This document shows positions 22,771-35,962 of a stretch of 64,000 bases of DNA, piece after piece. Source of the stretch: an uncultured Planctomycetota bacterium (GTDB lineage: Bacteria > Planctomycetota > Planctomycetia > Isosphaerales > Isosphaeraceae); the NCBI GenBank assembly GCA_963823665.1, contig CAWGMQ010000007.1, forward strand, positions 448,001-512,000, written 5' to 3'. Position numbers and translations under genes: made by a program. Position 1 is the stretch's first letter. The number at the start of each line of letters is the position of its first letter. Under the pieces are notes generated by a model, which worked only from the letters and a program-made list of their open reading frames with translations, searched no databases and was not told the origin of the DNA.

Positions 22771-22989
22771 GGTTGAACTTCTTTGCGAGTCAGTGTGCGG
22801 ATTGGCCCATTCGGAGCAATCCGTCGGATCGGAATCAAACGACTTCTGCTGACAGGTCCTTCAATGCACAGCGCGTGCCAATCCCGGCAGGACGGCATTC
22901 CTGCGAGTGGAAGGCGTTCGGCGTTAACCGCCTCATCTTGGCGAATTGAACTGGGTTTTCCTGGAAGAACCGGTGTCCGAAAAAGCTCG

Positions 22990-24018
22990 TCATGGAACCT
23001 CGAACACTTCGCCACCATTACGCGTCACGATGCCCTCAAGCACTTTCGGGCTGAGGGGATTCGTCGGCGTGCTCTTGAGAAAGCGAACTGAACCGTCGGC
23101 GAACAGCGCATTGAGGCCGGATGGATGCTTGCTCCCCATTCCGATCGTCGGGTCGTTCAGCGGGGCGAACGCCAGATCGTCAGGCTTGCTCCACGGAACA
23201 GCTCTTGCTGCTTCCACGACAAGCACGGTATTGCCTGGCCCGTCCGTCACCTCGTCGAGAGCAACGCCCACTGGCTTGCCGGTGAACATCGCACGGGGGT
23301 CAACAATGACCTGGTACGGTGTGGTCGTTCTCGAGCTCGGTTCTGTGCTCGGGCACTGATAAACGTTGAGTGCGATGTCGCTCAGTGGCTTGTTGTGCGG
23401 GCTGTCCCACGGCTCGTCGAGGTGAAACTGCTGGTAGAGCGGGTTCTGCTCGAGATATGGGAGCACCAGCACTCGCCAGCTCAGGAGCGGCTTGCCACTG
23501 GCGTCAAACGTGGCTGCGGGCGGAAATGTGCCATAGGAACTTTCGTAATTCATCAGCGCGAGGCCGATCTGTTTGAGGTTGTTCGTGCACTGCGCACGGC
23601 GAGCGGCTTCGCGTGCGGCCCCGACGGCGGGAAGCAGCAGGGCGATCAACATGAGGGGCACAAACACGAGCGACCACAGACTTCCCAGCACGATTCCTGT
23701 GATCGCAAAACCTCTGCCCGTCACATTCTTCTTGGGGTTGCTGATGTCGCTCAAACCCATGATCCCGAAAATGACGGCGGGCACACCAGTGATGCAACCC
23801 AGACAAAAGCACAACCCCAGCACGAAACTCGTGACGGCCTTGCCGCTCATTGCCGGCGGAGGCAATTCGTGGAGTGGCGCGAAGTCGCTTTCGGCGCGAG
23901 GTTTCAGGTGCGGCACGATCAGCTCCCGCTGACAAGTCGGGCATCGCCCCCGCCGTCCTGCGTTCTCGTCCCCGGTCTCAAATTCCTTGCCGCACTCGCA
24001 TCGAATGATAATCGACAT
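22990..24018 (-). CDS. Zinc-ribbon + DUF4190 + DUF1559 domain protein
   Basis: [77 protein letters not shown]. Confidence 0.9.
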   Translation of the reverse strand: MSIIIRCECGKEFETGDENAGRRGRCPTCQRELIVPHLKPRAESDFAPLHELPPPAMSGKAVTSFVLGLCFCLGCITGVPAVIFGIMGLSDISNPKKNVTGRGFAITGIVLGSLWSLVFVPLMLIALLLPAVGAAREAARRAQCTNNLKQIGLALMNYESSYGTFPPAATFDASGKPLLSWRVLVLPYLEQNPLYQQFHLDEPWDSPHNKPLSDIALNVYQCPSTEPSSRTTTPYQVIVDPRAMFTGKPVGVALDEVTDGPGNTVLVVEAARAVPWSKPDDLAFAPLNDPTIGMGSKHPSGLNALFADGSVRFLKSTPTNPLSPKVLEGIVTRNGGEVFEVP

Positions 24019-24264
24019 GATGGTCGTCCTCAGGCGCCGCTATATCGAGTCTCAAAGCCCCGTCAGCCTCCATTGAGACTGAAGGAATAACCACGATTCT
24101 ACTGAAGAACCAAGCCGTTGCCGATCGTGAAGACTCGCACCGCCAGTTCGATTCGACTGCATCAACTGACAATGGCCATCCACCGATTCCCTTTTTCCAC
24201 CAAACTGCTGACTATCCCCTCGAACTACTGTATCTTCGATCGTTGAAAGGGAGGGCGATGATCC

Positions 24265-25419
24265 ATGCGAAAGAGTGCGTCGTTGATTGTGTCGGTCGTG
24301 GCAGTGATGGCGACTTCTGGATTCGTTGCTTCCGGCAGCGAAACGCATGCAACGGACGGTCCGCAGGGCCAGAGGAGTTGCGAAAAGATGGACTTCGGCA
24401 AGACCCCGGAGGGCACTCCGGTCGAGATGTACGTGCTCTCGAACGGCAAGATGACAGTGAAGGTCATCACGTACGGCGCGATCGTGACCGAGATCAATGT
24501 GCCTGACCGCAACGGCAAACTGGCGGATGTCGTCCTCGGCTTCGAAAACCTGGAAGGGTACCTGGGCGGGCATCCCTATTTCGGCGCGGCCACGGGACGC
24601 GTCGCCAACCGGATCGCCAAGGCGAGATTCACGCTCGAGGGTAAGGAATACAAACTCGCCGCCAACAACGGGCCCAACACGCTGCACGGGGGCATCAAAG
24701 CATTCGACAAGGTCGTCTGGAAAGCATCTGAAGTGTCTGGGCCCCCGGGGCCGGCCGTGAAGATGTCGTACCTGAGCCCGGACGGCGAAGAGGGCTTTCC
24801 CGGCAATCTCTCCGTTACGGTAACCTACACCGTAACGGCCGATAACGCGCTGAGAATCGATTACGCGGCGACCACCGACAAACCCACGCCCGTGAACATC
24901 ACCAATCACAGTTACTTCAACCTCGCCGGACCGGCCGCCGGCTCCGTCCTGGGCCACGAATTGATGCTGGCGGCTGACCTCTACACGCCGGTCGATGACA
25001 CACTGATCCCGACCGGCGAGATCACCTCCGTGCAAGGCACTCCGCTCGATTTCACGAGACCGGCCACGCTGGGTTCGCGCATTGCCGAATTGAAGGGTGA
25101 GCCCGGCGGCTACGATCACAACTACGTCCTGCGCAGCGGCGGTAAGGAGCTCTCGCTCGCCGCCCGCGTGACCGAGCCTGTAAGCGGTCGGATCCTGGAG
25201 ATGTTCACGACCGAGCCGGCCGTGCAGCTCTACACCGCCAACTTCCTGGATGGAACTCTCAAGGGCAAGCACGAGGTCGTCTACAAGAAACAGCAGGCGT
25301 TTTGTCTCGAGGCCCAACATTATCCCGACTCGGCAAACCAGCCCAAGTTTCCGTCGACAATCCTTCGACCCGGATCGACATACACCCAGACGACAATCTA
25401 CAAGTTCAGTGCGAGCTAG
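24265..25419 (+). CDS. galM: Aldose 1-epimerase (mutarotase) with signal peptide
   Basis: GRVANRI, LHGG, TNHSYFNL, GYDHNY, CLEAQHYPDS. Confidence 0.93.
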   Translation: MRKSASLIVSVVAVMATSGFVASGSETHATDGPQGQRSCEKMDFGKTPEGTPVEMYVLSNGKMTVKVITYGAIVTEINVPDRNGKLADVVLGFENLEGYLGGHPYFGAATGRVANRIAKARFTLEGKEYKLAANNGPNTLHGGIKAFDKVVWKASEVSGPPGPAVKMSYLSPDGEEGFPGNLSVTVTYTVTADNALRIDYAATTDKPTPVNITNHSYFNLAGPAAGSVLGHELMLAADLYTPVDDTLIPTGEITSVQGTPLDFTRPATLGSRIAELKGEPGGYDHNYVLRSGGKELSLAARVTEPVSGRILEMFTTEPAVQLYTANFLDGTLKGKHEVVYKKQQAFCLEAQHYPDSANQPKFPSTILRPGSTYTQTTIYKFSAS

Positions 25420-25545
25420 AGCAGCGAAACTACATTCGAGCAACCAAGCTGGCCGCTGCGCCCGAAGTTGAGACTCCTTTCCGCAGATGTTCCTTTTTTT
25501 GCCCTTCCCCACGAGCCGATGAGGAGAGGGCCATGGTGAGTGCCG

Positions 25546-26667
25546 ATGAAAGCCGTAGCCGTATTGCCCGGCAAGCCGAATAGTGTGCATCTACGAGAGA
25601 TTCCTGTTCCGAAAGTCACTGACCAGCCTCATCCTCACGTGTGCAAAATCCCTCACGGACGTGGCGTGCTCGTGAAGGTGTTGCAAGTCGGCGTCGATGC
25701 GACTGACCGTGAGATCAATGAGGCCCTTTACGGCAACGCCCCTCCCGGCGGCGAGCACCTGGTCATCGGGCACGAGAGCTTCGGTCAGGTGGTCGAAGTT
25801 GGAGACAGGGTCAAGGAGTTCCGTCCGGGTGACTACGTCTCCTGCACGGTTCGCCGTCCGGGCGAATCGATCTTCGATTTGATCGGCAGGAACGATATCA
25901 CCAGCGACGAGGTCTACTTCGAGCGAGGGATCAATCTCTGTCACGGTTACCTGACCGAGTACTTCGTCGACGACGCGGAATACATGGTGAACGTTCCCCA
26001 GAACCTCAAGCATCTCGGCGTACTCGCCGAGCCGGCCAGCGTCTGCGCCAAGGCTATCGAACAGGCCTTTCTGGCCCAGCAGCGGCTGCAAGTTTGGGAC
26101 CCGAAACGGGCTTTCGTGCTCGGGTCGGGCCAGATCGGCTTGCTCGCCACGATGATGCTGCGGCTTCGAGGAATCGAGGTCCACACGATTGCCACGCGGC
26201 CGGGGCCGCACCGGAAGTCGTCCATCGCCGAAGCGTACGGCGCCCATTACGTGAGCACGAAACAGCAATCGCTCGCGAGCCTCGCCGCGGAGGTCGGAAA
26301 GCCCGACCTGATATTCGAAGCGACCGGAAACGCCGAAATCTGCTTCCGCGCGATGGAGGTCCTCGGTCATAACGGAGCGCTCATCTGGACGAGCATCACC
26401 GGCGGCAAGCACGACGTCTCGATCGACGCCGCCAAGATCAACATCGAATGGGTTCTCGGGAACAAGCTGCTCGTCTCGAGCGTCAACGGCAACCGCCGCC
26501 ATTTCGAGCTGGGTATGCAAGCGCTCTCGCACGGCGAGCTGACCTACCCCGGCGCGACCGACAAGATCCTCACGCATCCGATCCAGGGGCTCGAGTCCTA
26601 CAAGGAAATGATGCAACTGCTCGAGGAAAAAGAGGCGCTCAAGGTCTATGTCAACGTCGCCGGATGA
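25546..26667 (+). CDS. Zn-dependent (archaeal-type) glucose 1-dehydrogenase
   Basis: [41 protein letters not shown]-family glucose dehydrogenase pattern. Confidence 0.85.
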   Translation: MKAVAVLPGKPNSVHLREIPVPKVTDQPHPHVCKIPHGRGVLVKVLQVGVDATDREINEALYGNAPPGGEHLVIGHESFGQVVEVGDRVKEFRPGDYVSCTVRRPGESIFDLIGRNDITSDEVYFERGINLCHGYLTEYFVDDAEYMVNVPQNLKHLGVLAEPASVCAKAIEQAFLAQQRLQVWDPKRAFVLGSGQIGLLATMMLRLRGIEVHTIATRPGPHRKSSIAEAYGAHYVSTKQQSLASLAAEVGKPDLIFEATGNAEICFRAMEVLGHNGALIWTSITGGKHDVSIDAAKINIEWVLGNKLLVSSVNGNRRHFELGMQALSHGELTYPGATDKILTHPIQGLESYKEMMQLLEEKEALKVYVNVAG

Positions 26668-26734
26668 CGAGTGGTTCATTTTCGATCCGGCTGAGCTTTT
26701 TCTACTCGCACGGCTACGAGTGGGGTAAACAGCG

Positions 26735-27817
26735 ATGGGTGGACTCTCGATTCGGAAAGATCCCTGCGAGCTCGACTTCCTCTCGCTCGGTGCGCTCGTG
26801 CATCGGCTCGACCCCGGCGTGATTCCGTTCCGGAAGGCGCGGTCGGTTGACATTCACGTCTCCGGCGGCGAATACAATGTGGCCGCCGGTCTCGCTGACT
26901 GTTTCGGAATGAAGACGGGCGTCGCGACCGCAATGGTCAATTATCCGATCGGAGAGCTCATCCAGAGCCGCGTGCGGGAAACCGGTGTGACTCCGTTCTA
27001 CAAATGGTTCGAGCACGACGGCGTCCGCGGGCCCAATATGGCCACCGTTTATAGCGATCGCGGCTACGGCGTGCGCCCGCCGGTCGTCTTCTACAACCGC
27101 TCGAATGAAGCCGGCGCTCTGCTCAAGCCCGGCGACTTCAACTGGGCGGAGCTTTTCGGCCGCGGCGTACGCTGGTTCCATTCCGGCGGCATCTTCGCCT
27201 CGCTTTCCGAGACCACGGCCCCTCTGATCATCGAGGGAATGCAGGCAGCCAAGGCTTCCGGCGCCGTCACCTCGTTTGACCTCAACTATCGCGCCAAGCT
27301 CTGGGCGGCCGTCGGCGGCGCCGAGCACGGCCAGCAAGTCATCAAGCGCATCGCCAGCCATCTCGACGCGTTGATCGGAAACGAAGAAGACCTTCAAAAA
27401 GGGCTGGGCGTCCCAGGGCCTGAGGTCACCGGCAAGTCGAGTCTCGACCCCGATAGCTTCTTCGTCCTGATCGATCGCGTCGTCGAACGCCATCCCAACA
27501 TCAAGCTCGTCGCAACGACCCTTCGCGAGGTGCATTCGACCAATCGCCACGATTGGGCCGCCGTTCTCTGGCTGGACGGCAAGCGGTACGTCAGCCCGAC
27601 CCGTGAGCTCGACGTCCTGGACCGAATCGGCGGCGGCGACGGCTTCGCCGCCGGGCTGATCTACGGCCTCTTGTCGGGCCGATCGCCCGAAGACTCCCTC
27701 AGGCTCGGTTGGGCCCATGGTGCTCTGCTGACGACATTCCCCGGCGACGTCACTATGGCCAAGCTGGCCGAGGTCGAGGCGCTCGCCAAAGGCGGCTCGG
27801 CACGCGTCCAGCGATGA
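26735..27817 (+). CDS. kdgK: PfkB-family sugar kinase (2-keto-3-deoxygluconate kinase-like)
   Basis: GGEYNVA, SFDLNYRAKLW, GNEED, DRIGGGDGFAAG. Confidence 0.8.
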   Translation: MGGLSIRKDPCELDFLSLGALVHRLDPGVIPFRKARSVDIHVSGGEYNVAAGLADCFGMKTGVATAMVNYPIGELIQSRVRETGVTPFYKWFEHDGVRGPNMATVYSDRGYGVRPPVVFYNRSNEAGALLKPGDFNWAELFGRGVRWFHSGGIFASLSETTAPLIIEGMQAAKASGAVTSFDLNYRAKLWAAVGGAEHGQQVIKRIASHLDALIGNEEDLQKGLGVPGPEVTGKSSLDPDSFFVLIDRVVERHPNIKLVATTLREVHSTNRHDWAAVLWLDGKRYVSPTRELDVLDRIGGGDGFAAGLIYGLLSGRSPEDSLRLGWAHGALLTTFPGDVTMAKLAEVEALAKGGSARVQR

Positions 27818-27904
27818 GTGCGCGGCGGCCCGCTGCTAGATAATCATGACCATTTAGCTCCTCCCCCTGACAACGCCGGAGCATACTCCGGCGGAGATGC
27901 ACCA

Positions 27905-29051
27905 ATGTTGACCGCCCAGGGATCCAAAACGCGTCGCGATCGACTCTGGCGTGCGCTCCCTTCCGAATGCGACCTGCTCCTCGTCGCCGATCCATCTCAT
28001 CTGATCTATCTCGCCGCATTTGTTCCCTCTCCCTTCGTATTCCGGACAGTCGAATCGGGTGCACTGCTGATTCTGGAACCCGACCGCGCGACGCTGGTCG
28101 CGGACGACATGCTCGGCCCATTTCTCGAGCGGGCGTTCGTCGACGAGGTCCACGCTCCCTGTTGGTATGACGGAAACCACTCCGCCCCGCATCGCCGCCG
28201 GCTGCTCGTCGAGTCCACCCTGAACCGCCTCGCGGCAATGCCGGGCAAACGCATCGGCGTCGAGCTCTCGAGCGTCCCGGCCGGAGTCATCGAAGGTCTG
28301 CGATCGGCTCGAACCGGGCTCGAAATCGTCGACATCGCCCCCATCATCCGCAGGCTCCGGCGCTCGAAAGATCCCGACGAGATCGAAGTCCTCCTTCGCT
28401 CAATGCGGGCCGGGGAAAAGGGACAAGCTGCCGCGCTCGCACAGATCAAGCCGGGCATGTCCGAGCTGGATGCCTATCGAATCGTCCAGAATGCGGCGAT
28501 CGAAGATCTCGGCGAGCCCGCCATCCTCTACGGCGACTTCGCATCCGGCCCCCGTTGCGAGATCGAAAAGGGAGGCTCGCCCACCTCGCGGAGAATCGAG
28601 CCGGGCGACCTTCTGCTCCTTGACTTCTCCGTCGTGGTCTCGGGCTACAGGGGCGATTTCACCAACACGTTCGCCGTGGGCCGCGGCCCGACCGCTCGCC
28701 AGCACGAGCTCTTCGAGGCCTGCATGGGCGCCCTTCACGCCGGCGAAGCCAGCCTGAAGCCGGGCACCCCTGCCCGCGCAGTCGATTCCGCGGTACGCGG
28801 CCACTTCGGTTCCCTGAATCTCGCCCACGCCTTCACCAGCCACTCCGGGCCACGGCCTCGGCCTCGGCCACCCCGAGCCGCCGTACTTCGTTCCCAACAG
28901 CGACGACACCCTCGCCGTCGGCGATGTCGTCGCCCTCGAGCCCGGCCTCTACATCGAAGGCGAAGGCGGAATGCGGATCGAGCGGAACTACTTGATCACG
29001 ACCGACGGTTTCCGGACGCTAAGTCACCACGAGCTCCGCATCACGCAATGA
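27905..29051 (+). CDS. Xaa-Pro aminopeptidase, M24 family (frameshift near 28848)
   Basis: [23 protein letters not shown]; second frame gives [11 protein letters not shown] and ALEPGLY..GGMRIE. Confidence 0.88.
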
Positions 29052-29127
29052 CAAGAAAACATCGCGAATTGACGCGGCAGAACCAGCCGTGGCTGGGGTC
29101 CTCAACATCGCGAAGTGGCTCGACCGA

Positions 29128-29993
29128 TCAGAACATGCCCATCCCGCCGCCCATGCCCATGCCCCCCATGCCCATGTTGCCCATCACCGCACGCAACGGC
29201 ATCAGCGTAAAGCCCATTCCCGGGATATAGACCAGCACGTAAATCCCATTGCCGTCGCCGATGCCATACCCGTAGCCGCCGTACCCATAGCCCCCGTTGC
29301 CGTACAAGCCGTAACCATACCCTGAGTTTCCGTACCCCTGACCCCATGAAGTTCGAACCCCAGTAGTTGAAGTTCCTGGAACCGGTACCATTCAGCCCGT
29401 TGTTCGCAAGCCCGTTCCCCAGCGTGTTGAGCCCTTGCGAGGCGTTCGTAGCGTTGGTGGCTCGACTGGCGCTGCGTCAGGTTGCCGGTGCCGGCCTGGC
29501 CCTGTCCGCTCGTGAGCATGTTGTTGTTGGTGCCAAGGCTACTGCGTCCGAGCATCGCTCCGGATCGTGCGGCAACGTGCTGCGTCAGACCGGAACGATT
29601 GCCCATTGTCCCACCGCGGACGCCCGTTCCATTGTTGCCACGTGCCACAGCGCTGGTCGCTCCCCCACGAAGCCCTGACGCGCCAAGTGCGAGTAGGCCG
29701 CCCATTCCGGACAGTCCCACCCATATGCGGATATCCACCCATCCTCGCAAATCCGCCCATGTGAGAAACGCCTCCCATGTGGCTCATGCCCCCCATGTGC
29801 ATTCCTCCGCCGATATGGCCCCCACCCATGTGACCGCCGCCGACCGCCGCCCGTGCCCACCACCGCCATGGCCACCACCGCCGTGCCCACGAGCCGGGGC
29901 AGTTCCTCCCGTTATCACAATCAGGATCGTTACAAGCAGGGCCAGGGTGTGAGTCATACGTGTGCGCGTCTCAGAACGGGGTTTCATCGCCAT
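29128..29993 (-). CDS. Gly-rich low-complexity secreted protein (multiple frameshifts)
   Basis: Signal peptide then GHGGGG, MGGxxH and GYG repeats spread over several frames. Confidence 0.55.
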
Positions 29994-30134
29994 TCTCCTG
30001 GGTCGGCTAGCCTCGGGCTCTATTCTATTAGACCCCGCTAACTGCCAAAGGTTTCTCCCGGCCCACCGAATTCCTGACGAGTTGTTCAGTGAGACCTCCG
30101 CCGCAGCTCCTCCCGATTCTCGCGAATCGCCAAT

Positions 30135-32148
<2,014 letters not shown>

Positions 32149-32156
32149 CGCCAGCC

Positions 32157-32456
32157 TCACCTGGGTGCCTTCGGTTTCGCGCGCGCCGAAAACCACGGAT
32201 CGAACACCATCGCCAGCACGCCCGTCGCGAGCATCACGACGAACTCGCCACCCAGCAACAAGGGCGCATTACGATCGAGCCACTCGGCGACAGCAATTGA
32301 TCGAGCGCTTTGTGGCGGACCACCCGGCTTCGGATCGAGGATCCACGCGCTCGAGAGATAACCCAGCACCGTGAACACGAACACCACGCTCGCCAGCAGC
32401 AGTATGGCGAAAAATGGATTGGCGAAGATCTCGCGCTTCCTCCGCGGTGCAGTCAT
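32157..32456 (-). CDS. Small two-TM membrane protein
   Basis: NPFFAILL...MVFDPWF; lies between ndk and ligA on the same strand. Confidence 0.7.
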   Translation of the reverse strand: MTAPRRKREIFANPFFAILLLASVVFVFTVLGYLSSAWILDPKPGGPPQSARSIAVAEWLDRNAPLLLGGEFVVMLATGVLAMVFDPWFSARAKPKAPR

Positions 32457-32517
32457 GCGACGGCCATTTCTCTTCGACCCGCGTAGCTTCGGCTCACCCC
32501 AGGGCGCGCCGCCAGGC

Positions 32518-32973
32518 TCACGATTCCCCCCGAACCCACTCGCTCCCGGCCAGCTCGTATTCGACTAACTCGGCGGGCTCGAACCACATCCCGATCTCAC
32601 GCTCGGCCGAAGCCGCACTGTCGCTGCCGTGTACCAGGTTGTTCTGCTTGGAAATCGCGTGATCGCCCCGGATCGTCCCCGGCGCCGCCGCGGCGCCATT
32701 GGTCGCTCCCAGCATCCCGCGTACAACCGAGATCGCCTCGTTTCCCTCGAGCACCCCCACGACTACCGGCGCACTCGTGATGAATTCGATCAATCCCTCG
32801 AAGAACGGCTTTCCCTGATGCTCTCCATAGTGCTTTTCCGCCAGCGCGCGTTTGACTCGAATCATCTTGAGCGCGGCGATTCGCAACCCCTTCGCCTCGA
32901 ACCGCGCCAGAATCGAGCCGATCAGCCGGCGATGTACGCAATCGGGTTTGAAAATGATCAAGGTGCGTTGCAT
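32518..32973 (-). CDS. ndk: Nucleoside diphosphate kinase
   Basis: QRTLIIFKPD, PGTIRGD, NLVHGSDS. Confidence 0.97.
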   Translation of the reverse strand: MQRTLIIFKPDCVHRRLIGSILARFEAKGLRIAALKMIRVKRALAEKHYGEHQGKPFFEGLIEFITSAPVVVGVLEGNEAISVVRGMLGATNGAAAAPGTIRGDHAISKQNNLVHGSDSAASAEREIGMWFEPAELVEYELAGSEWVRGES

Positions 32974-33052
32974 CAAACGATCAACCGTTGAACGAGAAAA
33001 GGGTAATTCTCAATGGATAGAGTCTAATATGCCCAAAGACAACCTTGCAACC

Positions 33053-33502
33053 TCAACGATCGCTGCTGCAAGCCTCCGGCTCCACGATCCGCCACTCCAG
33101 CTCCCGGAATGAATCCGGCTCGAGTTCCCACACTCGCACCTCCGGCGACATCCCGCACAACGAGATGATGATTCGCGGAACCAGCCCATAATGGTTCTCG
33201 GCTAGATCGGTCTTCGACGGCACAGCTTCCCACCGCGGATGCGAGTGGTAAATCGCCAGAATCTCGGCGTCGCGCTGCCTCAGCGCAATGTGGGCTTCGA
33301 TCAGGTCCCGACCATCAGCGTTGTAACGCGTTTCACTCGCCAGATCGTTGCGCAAACGATGAAGCGACGAAACCCGCGGTGCGATGCCTCCCAGGATCCC
33401 GCAACACTCAAGCGGCGACTCGCGCACGCAATGGGCAACCATCGCGTCATGAAGATCGCGGGGAATCTCAAGTGGCTCCGGCTTCGAGCTGTCGGACGTC
33501 AT
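33053..33502 (-). CDS. M67/JAB (Mec-like) metallopeptidase
   Basis: ECCGILGG and IYHSHP...PSKTD JAMM motif. Confidence 0.88.
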   Translation of the reverse strand: MTSDSSKPEPLEIPRDLHDAMVAHCVRESPLECCGILGGIAPRVSSLHRLRNDLASETRYNADGRDLIEAHIALRQRDAEILAIYHSHPRWEAVPSKTDLAENHYGLVPRIIISLCGMSPEVRVWELEPDSFRELEWRIVEPEACSSDR

Positions 33503-33521
33503 GCCTCTCTTCCGCCAATTC

Positions 33522-34493
33522 CTACTCCGGGAAGAGCGGCGTGGATAAATACCGCTCACCCAGATCCGGTAGCACGACGACCACCAGCTTGCCGGCGTTC
33601 ACAGGCTTGCTCGCCACCTGCACCGCCGCCACCATCGCCGCCCCGCACGAGATCCCGCACAGCATCCCTTCCTCACGTGCCAGCCGCCGCGACATCTCGA
33701 AGGCATCCTCGTCTCGCACTAACACCACGTCGTCGATGATCGATGTGTTCAGCACGTCCGGAATGAACCCGGCTCCAATCCCCTGAATCTTGTGCGGCCC
33801 CGGCCGTAGCGATTCCTTGCGGCGCAACTGCGTGAGTACCGGCGAATTGACCGGCTCGACAGCAATCATCTGCACCGACGGCTTCCGGCTTTTGAGCACC
33901 TCACCGCATCCCGTGATCGTGCCACCCGTGCCGACACCGCTCACCACAATGTCGACCTTCCCGTCCGTGTCGCGCCAGATCTCCTCGGCCGTCGTCCGCC
34001 GATGAACCTCGGGATTGGCCAGGTTCTTGAACTGTTGCGGCATGAACGCGTTCAGCGTGCTCTTCACCAGCTCCTCCGCCTTGCGCACCGCTCCGGGCAT
34101 CCCCTCGTTCGCCGGAGTGAGCACAATCTCCGCCCCGAATGCCTTGAGCAGCCGCCGGCGCTCAAGACTCATGCTCTCGGGCATCGTCACGACCAGTCGA
34201 TAACCCCGGGCTGCACAGGTGAACGCCAGCCCGATCCCCGTGTTGCCGCTCGTCGGCTCGATGATCACCGCGTTCTCGCCCAGCCGGCCCTCTGCCTCCG
34301 CGGCATCAATCATCGCCACGCCGATCCGGTCCTTCACCGACCAGAGCGGATTGAAACTCTCCAGCTTCGCCACGACCGTCGCATGGCACCCGCTAGTCAC
34401 TCGCCTCACACGCACAAGCGGCGTATTCCCAACCGTCTGCGTGATGTCGTCATAAATCCGCCCACGCCCCACGCTCGCTTCGGCTGTCGACAC
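33522..34493 (-). CDS. cysK: Cysteine synthase A
   Basis: [46 protein letters not shown]. Confidence 0.95.
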   Translation of the reverse strand: MSTAEASVGRGRIYDDITQTVGNTPLVRVRRVTSGCHATVVAKLESFNPLWSVKDRIGVAMIDAAEAEGRLGENAVIIEPTSGNTGIGLAFTCAARGYRLVVTMPESMSLERRRLLKAFGAEIVLTPANEGMPGAVRKAEELVKSTLNAFMPQQFKNLANPEVHRRTTAEEIWRDTDGKVDIVVSGVGTGGTITGCGEVLKSRKPSVQMIAVEPVNSPVLTQLRRKESLRPGPHKIQGIGAGFIPDVLNTSIIDDVVLVRDEDAFEMSRRLAREEGMLCGISCGAAMVAAVQVASKPVNAGKLVVVVLPDLGERYLSTPLFPE

Positions 34494-35962
34494 GGTTCGC
34501 TCCCCCCACAAGAAACAATCATCCTGATCCCGATGGCTCCGTCCCCGATCCGCCGCTCATCAAACCCTTTCAGACATTTCCCGATCATGATAGTCGAGAA
34601 GAATTCGACCGACAACCCGGCAATCCGCGACCCCCGTGTGGCGTCAGAAACGACGGCGTCTCCCGGCGCCTTTCCCGGCCCCGGAACACTTGCGCTCACC
34701 TTCGTGTCCCAATCGAGGGAACAGCTCCCGCAGACCCCCAAAACATGGTCATCAGCGTCATCTCCTTTCCACAACAGGAGTTACGAATGACGATGTTTTC
34801 GAAGCCGAAAAACCCTCGAAGCAACTCTCGAGCCCATCGACACTTACGAATGACGATACTTTTTGCCCGCTGCGCCCAACTCGTCCCGATGCTCCGCGTT
34901 GGAACGTCCCCGTGCCGCTCCGCGGCGCGCTCGACGATGGCATCCGCGCTTCGTCCGCCGCCCTCCGTCCTCATTCCGGCCCCGAATCGCCCCGCGCGGC
35001 CCGCGACGCGCTCCACCCCCCGAATCCGAGCCGTCTGCCCTCCGCAAGTGCACATGTGAAAACGGCTTCGGTCGATCCATCAGCTCCTGTCCCCCTGGAT
35101 CAAAATGATATCTTTTGATAGCAAAACAAAGTTCTCTCCCGATCCCCCACTCGCCGTTCTCAGCCTGGCGGCACACCGCCCGGCGGCGCCCCTCGTGGAG
35201 AGGTGAATGACGCAATCGAGTCCTGACGTCAAGGGATCCAATGACGGTAATCGGGAATGACAACTGTTCGGCGGGTCTCTGGCACCCGGAGGGTCGCCGC
35301 CGCCATCGCGACCGGAGGTCGCCAACTACTTTTCCTCCCGCCTACGATGTTCAACCGTCTACCCCGATGGACCAGTTCGTTTTGTACATTCGTCGCGCGT
35401 CCTTACGCCACAAGGACTACGGGAACGCAGTCGGTCGGTCGAGTTGAATCTCACCGCTGTTCTCAGGATGAGTGGAGATCGACGAGGAGGGAGGAAAGGA
35501 AAGGGGAGCCGCCCATCGCGCCAGCATCGCGCGGTCGCAGACTCCGCCCTATGGATAATATGCGACCGGTTTCAGCGATCGGCAATAAAAGCGTCCAAAA
35601 AAACTGCAATCACTGAATCGATGCGGCTGCAACGTCAGGAGCTGCGGTTTTGCGCGATTTCTTTGTTAATTGTGAACACGCGGTCGAATCAAAACGATCA
35701 CGCGGTCGTCCGACCGGCAATCGAGGGCCGTGCTGAAAGACAAGAAGCTCACCCCAGAGAACGCGAGAAAGTTTCCGAGTTCCAGCGATCAGATCGATTA
35801 ACGAACAGAATTCATGCTGTCTGCGCGCGCCGGCGCTCAGTATTCGTCTTCCACCGCAGCGTGGTGCCGCCTTCGGCGGCGGCGAGGCATCGCGCAGACG
35901 CGACGTACCGCCTCCAGCGCGCCCTCCGCCCTCCGCCCTGTACCGAGATCCTCCGCCCTTCC

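Noticed and set aside
34494..34760. SAM or other riboswitch upstream of cysK
   Set aside because: No recognisable conserved riboswitch motifs by eye.
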